Below the pieces are notes generated by a model, which saw only the letters and a program-made list of their open reading frames with translations, was not told where the DNA came from and did not search any database. DNA of 64,000 bases from the NCBI GenBank assembly GCA_963575745.1, contig CAUYUJ010000148.1, positions 124,001 through 188,000 on the forward strand. The letters are read 5' to 3'. Position numbers and translations under genes: made by a program. Within the stretch, counting starts at the first letter, position 1, and each line of letters opens with the position of its first letter. Source of the stretch: Prorocentrum cordatum (lineage: Eukaryota). Positions 10,470 to 19,410 of the stretch are shown here, in pieces.

Positions 10470-13400
10470 TCATTCGACGTTGCTCAGAAGGCTGGCCAAG
10501 GCACCTGCTGCGGACCCGCTGGCGCCAGCATCGACACCGTCAGCGCCGCCGTCGGCACCCTCACTGCCGCTTTCGTCGCCCTCCTCGGCGGCGAACGCTT
10601 CTGCCAGAGGTCCCGCGCCGGACTCCGCAGCGGTCTTGGCGTGGGCTCTCTTCTTCGCCTCAGCTTTTGACTTCCGCTTCGCCGCCGCCGCAGCCTTCTT
10701 AGCCTCAACCTCGATCTTGCGCGCCTCCTCGGAGTTGGGGCCATCGCCCTCGTTCGTCTTCCCAGCCAAGAACCTGGCGTAGTTTGCGTGGTAGTGCTTG
10801 TGGCCCTCCGTCTTCATCATCACCATGAACTCCTTCACGAGGTGGGCCATTAACATCTGCTTGTGCTCTTCGTTCTGGAAGCAGATGCCCAGGTACCCGA
10901 TGCCCTTCCCGACGCAGTGGGGCGAGAAAACGCCACCGCCTGGCGTCAGATCCATGACTACTTTGGCGTAGTAGCTCGTCGTCAGCTCCTGGTAAAACTC
11001 CTTCGGCAGCTGGTGCCAGTTCACAGGCTCCGCACACACGTTCTTCTGAATGCCGCCGCTGCCCCTGCCCCCTCCGGCGATCTGGATATTGAGCTCTGGC
11101 TTGGGGATCTGCGCGTGGTTGCGGGTTGCGACGCCGTCCTCGTCGCCGCTCCCCTCGCCCTCGTCTGACGCATCTTCAGTGTCGATAGTTTTTCCACCCG
11201 CTGGCTTGCGGTTCGGACCGAGGAACTTCTTTTTGTCCTCGAACGGCAACTTCCAGCTGTCGTCCCACGACTCGTAGGTGATGGGGCCCATGGTGTCCCC
11301 GTTGTTGGGGCCAGGGTAGACGGCGCGCTTCTTCTCTGGGGTGACTGTGTCGATGGCGCGGTAGAAGTGAACGGTCTGGAGCTGCTTCAGAGACGAAATG
11401 CCCCGAACCAGAGCTCGACGGCCCTTCAAACTATCCTCGTCGAGGAACATGTGGGTCATGTTCCTCGCGACTCCCTCTGCCTGGCACGCGCTCTTCCAGC
11501 GACCCCTCCCTGTGACCATGATCTTGTTGATGACGCCCCCGGCGCCTCGCGTCGAGGATCGACCGCGCCCGCCTTCAAAAACTCACGACATCAAAAACTC
11601 GCCAGATTGAAACCCTGAAACCCGAAAGACAAAAACACACAGAGTCCCTGAGAGGCCCCGGGGGGATGGCAGGTGTTCGGTCTATCCGCGTACCTTTCTT
11701 GCCTCCGTCCAAGTACATGCACGCGCCCCCCTGGCTGAGGCGCCCGCTGTCATGGCCACCCCTGCGCCTGGCACTGATCACAGAGTTGAACAGCCGACCC
11801 AACTGATCCTTCCGGAAGGGCGCAGCACGAAGATGAGGCGCAGTCACCGGCTCGCCACTCAGCGTAACGCCCGCGTGGACAAGGATATGGCCTGTCATGT
11901 CGCCCTCCTCCATGCCGAGCGTAGTTTGCGCGATAGATGCCTGCAATGCTGCTTCGCTCTTCCCAGAGTCAGAGATCAGCTTCACGTAATCGGAGACCTT
12001 CTTCTGTGCGAACCTCAAGTACCACGCATCCACTGCGCCCTTGTTCCCTGGATCTTCAAGCGAGGCGGTGAAAGTCTGGGTCAAGGCTGGATCCCCCTCC
12101 TGACCTGCTGACAGCCGCGTGCGCTTCCTCGCTGGCCCCCCCTCGGCTTCCACCTTGTCGATCTCCTCGTCCTTCTTGGCCTTCTCAGCGTCATCAGCTG
12201 TCTGGCACTCCCAGACCTTGTCGATCTCCTCCTTATTGCCAGCGTGCTCCAACGTCTCCTCGGTGGACTTGCCCTTCCGGCAGCAGTAGCGCAGCTGCTG
12301 GTCGTACCCCCTCCCGAACGCGAGCCCCTCCGTCAATTCGAACATCGCCTTCTCGGAAGTCACTGCGCTAACCTTCCAATTGCTGTCGACCTCGATGTCA
12401 CCGGCCAGCGGCTCCACTTTCGTCCTGTACAAACGGTGTGAACTGAAAACTTCCTGGACAAACGCTTGCAGTTTGGGAGACCTGTACACCGCCAAAAACT
12501 CCCCATGCGTCAAGAACTCCCGGAGCTCTTTCTTGAACGCCAGCACATCAATCAGGCCCTTGTTGCCACCGATACCATCTTTCAAGTTCTTGAGCGTGAT
12601 CTCTCCGGTGTGCATGGCGCCAGACTCGCAGAGATCTATGATGCCGTTCAAAACCCAGTTGATCATCTTCTTGTCCTTGTTGCACCTCGAGACAATCAGG
12701 CTCAGCTTGTATACGCTCTCGAAGGGCCCCGATGAACCCCACTTAAGGGTTGCCATCCGGATGGCTGCGAGGTTGGGTTCGTACTTGATGGTGAGATCGA
12801 CGACAGACGACGCCGACTCGATGAAGGTCTTCGTGATCGGCTCCGCTTTCGAGTTCAACGCGATTTCCTTCTTGTACCACTCGAATAACGTATCGTTAGA
12901 GATCTTCTTTTCCTTGCCGCCGGTACCCCCAAGCCTTGCAAGTTTGGACCTGGTCTGCATAACCTTCGGGGCGCCACTGAAAACTGCCGCCACCGCCTGA
13001 CGTGACACACCCCTCGGGCCCGCTGACGAGGCCCCTGGAGCCCACAAGGGCTCACCCCCAAAACCCAGAGACGCACCGTTGCTGTCGAGGTGGCGGTGGC
13101 GTTTCTTTCAGCGATGCCCAGAGCCTCGCAGATACGCTGGAGCGTGTCGCGCCCGACAGCGGTTGCCTCTGACATGACCTGCTCCCTGAGGTTGATGCTG
13201 CGGGACCACGCTGTATCATCCTTGGCTTTGTGGACCTCAAACTGGAATGTCGTATTCAAGATATCCTTGCGGTACCCCTCGAGCGTCTGCTCCGATGCGC
13301 CATGCTCGATCGCGTCTTTGATGGCCAGCAGGCGTGCAAAGAAAGGTTCCTCTGGCGACAGGCGCTCCCAGTTGCCAGCGTTGGTCACGGGGTTGATTGC

Positions 13401-13797
13401 GGGGTCATCCGCGGCAGCCACGACGACGCCAACGTAGAGACCAGGCTCCCGGAAGCACGCGTGTTTCAGCTCCTGGATGTACGTCTCGTTGTAGGGAACG
13501 CCACCGTGGAAGGTGAAAAACAGGTTCCGGTTCCACTCGCTGGATGCGCACGTGTGCTTCTGAGTTCCGTTGGTCAGATCGTACTGGTACCTCTCCATGT
13601 TGAAAGCTGGCTGCGCTGGCCCCTTCCAGAAGACGGTGTCGAGCGCCTTCATCGCCCGCCGCGATCGGCTTGAAAACCTCGTGCTGCTTGACAATGTTCA
13701 TCGCAGACGTCACGTGAGCGATGAACTCCGCGTTGATGTTGTCAACGGGGTCAGCACTCAGCCTCGCCAGCTGTCCGACAGCCACACTTTCCGCCAT
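10470..13797 (-). pseudogene. Three-exon gene (~1000 aa) with putative ParB-like N-terminus, acidic linker and beta-class N6A/N4C methyltransferase-like C-terminal fold; one frameshift near 13660
   Basis: Exon 1 is 13797-13125 (GC donor). Exon 2 runs from 12996 or 12963 to 11694 (GT donor). Exon 3 runs from 11545 or 11572 to 10470. All junctions are phase-compatible with AG|G acceptors. The C-terminal WHQLPKEFYQEL...VMDLTPGGGVF...GIGYLGICF resembles the beta-class HP..KP...vlDpF.GsG...gr.yiGiE pattern. No DPPY motif was seen. Confidence 0.65.
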
Positions 13798-13874
13798 GAC
13801 ACAATGACTGCGTGGTGTACAAGTACTGAGACTCAGAGTGTCAAAGCGAAAGCTCAGAAACAGCCGAGCTCAAG

Positions 13875-13896
13875 CTGCGGCCAAAAGGGTCACGGA
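13875..13896 (-). other. Degenerate spliced-leader relic upstream of the ParB/MTase-like gene
   Basis: TCCGTGACCCTTTTGGCCGCAG, 16/22. Confidence 0.6.
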
Positions 13897-14407
13897 GGAG
13901 GTGGAGCAGTGGAGGGGCGGAGATGGGTGAAGAGAGTTGAGGAAGAAGGGAAACGGGAGTGATGGCCCTGTTGAGGGTCCCACGAGGACCTCGTTTGTGA
14001 AGAAGTCAGCTTCTCCCCTCCTCCTCCTTCCCTTCCTCCTTCTCCCCCTCCTCCTCCCGCGCATCCTCCCCCCGCACCTCCTCCTCCTCCTCCTCATCAT
14101 CATCACCACCATCATCCTCCTCCCCCCTGCTGCTGCCGGCGGATTTCGGGGATTGGTTCCGGGGCGAGAAGATCACTCGAGGGACGGGGTCGAGAGCTTA
14201 AGAACGCCGTAAAGACAAGGCCCCGCGGCTCGAAATCCACGTGGACAGATGAGGTCGAGAGCCATTGATGACGATGATGATGATGATGTGATGATGCTGA
14301 TGATGATGTTGTTGCGCTTTTTATGTTCACTCTATGGCAGTCACTTGCCCCTGCGCGTCCTGCGTAGCTGTACCTGCGCCGGCGCTGACTGACCACGCGA
14401 GTTTAAT

Positions 14408-15648
14408 CTACACCAGCGCGCCCCGGGACGCGACGATGCCGATGTGGCCGAGGACGCTTCGCACCAGCGGGCAAAGCGCGTTCACAGACATGGCGTTGCC
14501 CATCATGCGCCCCGCCCTCTGCTCGCTGACTTTCGCCTTCTCGAGCAGGTCGGCCTTGAAGTACCCGGCGCTGTAGCCTTGCAGCTGGGCAAGCTCGCCC
14601 ATGGTGACTTGTCTCCCGCGCGGCAGAATCCAGTGCCCCATGATAGCGCCGCGGCTCGCAGTGATCGTCGGGAAGGCACCCACTTTGTAGTTCAGCCTTT
14701 TGGTTGTGCAGCCGATGTCGATAACGATGTCCTTAGCCAATGCCACTCGTAGATCGCACTCGTCAGTGCACCGCTTGGCGAGATCTCTGACACATCCAAC
14801 CACGTTGGCGCGCGCGCGCTCTCCTTGGGAGGCAACCCGTTCGCGATGGCGTCGACCCCCGCCATGGTGGGCATTCCGACGATGTCACGAACCAGCCGGT
14901 GCACGCCGGTATAGGCGGGCCACTTGAACTCCTTCTTGGCTTGCTTCAAGTCTGATCGGAAACCCGCAACGTAGATGCGCTCCCTCTCTTGAGGGATTCC
15001 GAAGTCCGACGTCTTCAGCGCCTTGTAAGAGACCGAGTAGCCGCACTCCTTCAGGCACTTCAAGATGCACTCCCACACCTCTGCGAACTTGTCGGACAGG
15101 ATGCCGTTGACCATCTCCAAGATGAACGCCTTAGGCTTCACCTCCTCGATCGTCTGCACAGTCTGTAACCAGAGTTTGCCGCGATCGTCATGGGGCCCAT
15201 CTCCTTTGCCTCCCTTGGACCAAGGCTGGCACGGCGGCCCCCAGGCGTACAACTCGATGTCCTTCGGGAGCTGTTTGTTGTCGCGCTCCGTGATGTCTTC
15301 ATGGATCCCCGAATCAGGGTCCCCATATAGTTCTTTGAGGAGCCTCCTGCAGCTAGGGTTCTTCTCCGAACTGAAATGCCAGCGGTATGAAAACGATTCA
15401 GCAGTGAGCGCCGCCAAGACCGAGTCGCATCCAGCAAAATCACTCGCATAGGTCACATCCCACGAAGTGTTCTTGGATCGTCGAACCTTCTTCATCGGCT
15501 CCTCCTCCTGGACGCTGGCGGCGGCGGCGGGCCTCTTCTTGACCAGACGCGCGACAGCTGCAGGTCGCATTACAGAAGCCTTGGGACGTGGCACTGGCGG
15601 GGCCGCTGCGTCTTCAGAGTCAAGTTCGTCCTGCCACAGAAACGCCAT
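14408..15648 (-). pseudogene. DNA (cytosine-5) methyltransferase, prokaryote-like single domain; frameshifted in a (GC)6 run
   Basis: Ordered C5-MTase motifs: I SDFAGCD, II SSEK, III EDIT, IV GPPCQPWS, V DDRGKL, VI FILEMV (canonical ENV), VIII GIPQERERIY, IX RQVTMGELAQLQG, X MGNAMSV. Removing one GC unit at 14808-14819 fuses the two ORFs. Confidence 0.92.
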
Positions 15649-15707
15649 CACAATTGTGGGTAGTATGTATGTGCGAGACACAACAATGCAAACGTGAGTC
15701 GCGCTAG

Positions 15708-15729
15708 ACGAGCCATAACAGGCTTCGGA
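15708..15729 (-). other. Degenerate spliced-leader relic upstream of the C5-DNMT
   Basis: TCCGAAGCCTGTTATGGCTCGT, about 16 matches with one gap. Confidence 0.55.
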
Positions 15730-15863
15730 CGGGTGACATGCGATGGATGATTGACGATGATTGACGTGCCCCAAAGGATGTTTTGTTTAACCTTATGTCT
15801 CTGGACAGTTGTCGGGGTGGCCCCTCCCCCTCCTCCTCCTCTTCCTCCTTGGTCCTCCTCCGC

Positions 15864-15885
15864 CCCATAGCCGCTTTGGCTCAAA
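15864..15885 (+). other. Degenerate spliced-leader relic
   Basis: CCCATAGCCGCTTTGGCTCAAA, 17/22. Confidence 0.7.
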
Positions 15886-15938
15886 AAGGTGTCGCCCGCC
15901 GTCGGCGGCTACTGTAATGGTGGTTATTTCCAGCGGCC

Positions 15939-16609
15939 ATGCCGGACCTCCGCCCAGCATTCTCCCTCGGTCGAAAGCCATGCCGCGACCGCAACAGTGG
16001 GCGAGAGGAAAGCCACAAGGACAGCGAGCGCAAGGACAGGGAGCGCGGCAAGGACAGCGAGCGCGGCAAGGACAGCGAACGCAAGGACAGCCACCACCGC
16101 AAGAAGGACAGGGAGCGCAAGGACAGCGCGCGTAAGGACAGCGAGCGCCAGGACAGCGGCCGCCGCAGCCGCGGGCGCAAGGACAGCCGCCGCAGCCGCA
16201 GCGGGCGCAAGGACAGCCGCCTGGCAGCCGCGACGACGGGAAGAGCAGCAGCAGGATGCCGACGACGCCCAAGCGGCATCATCCGCCTGGGGAGCGGAGC
16301 TGGCCAGCGGGGGCGGCGGCGCCGCGTGACGACAGCAGTAGCCCCGGACGTCGTCGTGACCATCGTGGTGAGCAGAGCATTGTCAGCAAGATGAAGATCA
16401 CAGCGAGGCTACACCGCAATGTCAGTTCGAGCCCATTCCGCGGCCCGCTTGGGGAGTGGTCGGGTGGCCAAGATGGCCGCCCTTGCCCTTCGTGGATGGG
16501 TGGCGCCGCGCGGAAACGTCGAATGGAGCTACCTTCGCCGGACCTCGTCAAGTACTTCAGCGACGAGCGTGTGCCACCGCCGCCGCCATCCCCGTCGCCG
16601 AGTCTCTAG
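15939..16609 (+). pseudogene. Arg/Ser/Lys/Asp-rich low-complexity ORF (RKDSE repeats), probably frameshifted near 16225
   Basis: GCCATG start 54 nt after an SL-like relic at 15864-15885. Contains repeated GCAAGGACAG units. Function unknown, and it may be non-coding. Confidence 0.35.
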
Positions 16610-16843
16610 GTCTCTAGCCGTCGAGTTGTTGCCGCCCTGCGCTTTGTACAGCGGCGCGTCAAGAAGATGTTGTCTACGGGCGTTAGATTGAAAAGCTCTT
16701 GCCTGGCATGCTGGCCGTCGTCTCCCGAGGGTCGAAACGCAGGAGGGGGCGGGAGGCCGATGAGAAGGAATGGGCGGGAGGAGGAGGGGGTGTGTGGAGG
16801 AGGGGGCTCGACAACGGGTTCAAATCAAATCCCATGTGTCCGA

Positions 16844-16865
16844 TCTGTAGCCGTTTTGGCTCAAG
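16844..16865 (+). other. Dinoflagellate spliced-leader relic
   Basis: TCTGTAGCCGTTTTGGCTCAAG vs DCCGTAGCCATTTTGGCTCAAG, 20/22. Confidence 0.9.
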
Positions 16866-16874
16866 CCTCTACTG

Positions 16875-17904
16875 ATGCTCACTTGTTTCACAGTGAAAGC
16901 AGGGACCATCACTCTTCTCAGCGAGTCGGCTGCTCGGAAAGCAGCGCGGCGGGCAGCTCGTGCAGCGACGGCGTCTGACGCCGCGATACACCGGTCAAGG
17001 ACGCCGCCGAGGACACGGATCTGTCCACCGCCGAGCCGCCGCCGGAGCCGTCCACCGAGCCGTCTACCGAGCCGTCCACCGAGACGTTCACCAACGCGTC
17101 CACCGAGCCGTCCACCGAGACATTCACCGAGACGTCCACCGAGCCGCAGGACACCGAGGACACAGAGCCGTTCACTGAGCCGTCCCAAGACACCAAGCCG
17201 TTCAAGAACACCGAGCCGTTCACTGAGACGCCCCAAGACAACGATCCGTTCGAGACGTCCCTTCATGGAGGCCGACCCAGTCCAAGACGATCAACTTGCG
17301 AGTGGTGTTATCGAGGTCTTCATTCCAGATACGGAGCCAGGGGGTGAGCATTGGATTGGCGTGAATGGTGGTCAACCCCCAATACGAAGCGACAAACTGC
17401 TCGTGGCCGTCAAAGAGATCGAGTTCCCAGATCTAGACAGGACTAAACTCAATATATCATGGTACAAAAAGGACAAGTACGGCAACGTGGTGATGGGAGA
17501 AGATCTGTTTCCGTTGCGAGTGATGATCCCGAGCGGCTCTAAGGTCATGGTATGGCAGCGAGGACAACCTTACGCGAACCTCGTGTATGATAAAAGGGTT
17601 TCGCGAGTTGCCCTTGTGGCGGCCATCCCCGCCAACCGCCAGCGACGGCTTAGCATTGCCAAGAGGTTCTCTGAGGTCCGCATTCTCCGCCAGCATCATC
17701 CAGAAGCCCCATGTTGGGAAGAAAGCAAAGAAGTGTGCTCATCCAGACTTCTCGTTTCATGTGAATAGCGACAATTCCGTCGGCAAAGGGATGTACTGTT
17801 GCGAGAAGTGCGAGGGCCTGCATAAAGGCGAGTCTTGGGCGCAGAGCAAGAGGGGCAAGCGCCACTACAAGAACTGCGAGCAGATCGTGTTTCGCTCTGC
17901 CTAG
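16875..17904 (+). pseudogene. Cargo gene: RSP-rich N-terminus, globular middle domain and C-terminal Cys/His domain in a second frame
   Basis: ORF 16875-17768 begins 10 nt after a 20/22 SL match. The overlapping frame encodes KCAHPDFSFHVNSD...YCCEKCEG...RHYKNCE to the stop at 17904, implying a frameshift or small intron near 17650-17720. Confidence 0.55.
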
Positions 17905-18427
17905 CGCTGCAGCTGGAAAAATACAGCATCCCCCCTCCTTCCATCAACTCCTCCTCCTCCTCCTCCTCCTCCTCCTCCTCCTCCTCCTCTCCTCCTCCTC
18001 CTCCTCCTCCTCCTCCTCCTCCTCTTCCTCCTCCTCCTCCTCCTCCTCCTCCTCCTCCTCCTCCTCCCCCTCCTCCTCCTGGCGTCCAACCCAAAGAGGA
18101 GCACCGAGACTCCCTAGGGGGTGATAAGGATGAGGCGGCCCATGCGGCGGGGGGCGAGGAGGAGGAGGAGGAGGAGGAGGAGGAGGAGGAGGAGGAGGAA
18201 GAGGAGGAGGAGGAGGAGGAGGCAGAGGAGGAGGAGGAGGAGCCTGAGGAGGAGGAGGAGGAGGAGGAGGAGGAGGAGGAGGAGGCAGGCGCTGAAACGG
18301 GTGAAGCATTCCTTACGTAGTCAGCCTCCATGCACGAGTTTCCCTGGGAAGGTCACGCGCCACCGCCTGTCCAGGGGCGGGGGGCTTATTTCCTTAGCGG
18401 GACGTGGTTTGCTCAGGTGAACTACCC

Positions 18428-18472
18428 CCCTCCCGCCCCAAGCATTCCTAAATACCACTGTGGCTGAGTAAG
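18428..18472 (-). repeat. Right terminal inverted repeat
   Basis: Reverse complement reads CTTACTCAGCCACAGTGGTATTTAGGAATGCTTGGGGCGGGAGGG (2 mismatches to the left TIR). Followed by CCGG. Confidence 0.93.
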
Positions 18473-19410
18473 CCGGGCACAGCATGCCGGACTGTCGCGT
18501 CGAAGGCGCGCGGACGGCCGGCACGCCGCACCCCGAGGTCGAGGATCGCCTCCCCGCGCCGGGCCTCCAGCGGCTGGCCGCAGGCGGCGCAGGGGCCCGG
18601 CTGCTGGTTCGCCGCGCCCGGCGCGTCGCACGGGCCGCAGCGCCGCGCCCGCCGGTCCCGCGCGGGAGCGGGAACTTGGCGGGCCGCGTGGAAGCCGCAC
18701 TCGGCGTGAATGCGCCCCCGCACATCCTCGACATCCCTGCTGCGGGCTTAGGCGCCCCCACCGCAGAGACATCGAAAGGCGTGGCGCGCTTTGTTGCAGA
18801 GCGGCTCGTCGCAGACGCGGCCCACGCGCGGGCCGGTGCGTGCCCGGTTGCTGCAGCAAGCTCCGGGCGGCGCGAGGTGCTGGCCAAGGAACTCGCGGGC
18901 GGTGCTGCAATAGTCCGCGTTGCCGATGCGCTGTCCCGCGGCGCCCGGCGGGGCCAGCTGCCAACCTCCAGCGCGCGGCCCCCCGCAGGAAGCCAGCCTC
19001 GCCCGGTCCTCGCTGGTGCTGGTGCTCCGCAAGGCCATTTAAAAGGTTTTTCTGGCCCAGTCGCCGCGTGAGCTCCTTCTGCACCTTGGTGCGAGGTTGT
19101 TGGGCGAGGCCAAGCGGGCGGGGGGTCCGCTCCCTCCCCTGGCCCACACCAGGGCTGCGGCAGCGCCACCAGGAGGCGCGCGGCCCTGCAGGAGGCCGCC
19201 AAGGGCTGCTCGGCCTCCTCCAAGTCGTCCAGGGCGGCCAAGCCCGTGCGGGCGCGCACCTCTGAGAGGCTTTGCGCCCAGGAGCCGACCCACGCCGCAG
19301 GCGTGAGCTGCTCCTGGCTGCGGAAGCCCCGGCCGCCCAAGCGCAGCGGGAGTCTGCACTGCGCGCGTTGGTGCTCAGTGAGCGGGTCCAGGCGAGTCAG
19401 GACGATTCCA
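18473..19410 (-). pseudogene. Upstream half of the same 5'-truncated, decayed RLE-type LINE (post-RT region, Cys/His knuckle, start of endonuclease)
   Basis: Motifs LPLRLGGRGFRS...AAWVGSWAQ, CDEPLCNKARHAFRCLCGG and EAILDL...AFDATVRHAVP occur across several frames. The reading ends exactly at the right CCGG. Confidence 0.7.

Larger units (their letters stand above)
1172..18472. mobile_element. 17.3-kb TIR-bounded, cargo-carrying DNA transposon (hAT-like transposase, C5-DNMT, ParB/MTase-like gene, other ORFs) inserted at CCGG
   Basis: 45-bp inverted termini at 1172-1216 and 18428-18472 (43/45 match). CCGG lies at 1168-1171 and 18473-18476. The flanks join in frame into one LINE protein (RHAVP|GDADG) when the element and one CCGG are removed. 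A DDE transposase gene lies inside. Confidence 0.9.

Noticed and set aside
14408..15648. Bacterial restriction-modification system or contamination
   Set aside because: No endonuclease partner was recognised. Neighbours have introns, SL relics and host-type microsatellites.
1160..18484. Canonical 8-bp hAT target-site duplication
   Set aside because: The flanks (GGCGTCT-CCGG / CCGG-GCACAGC) share only CCGG.
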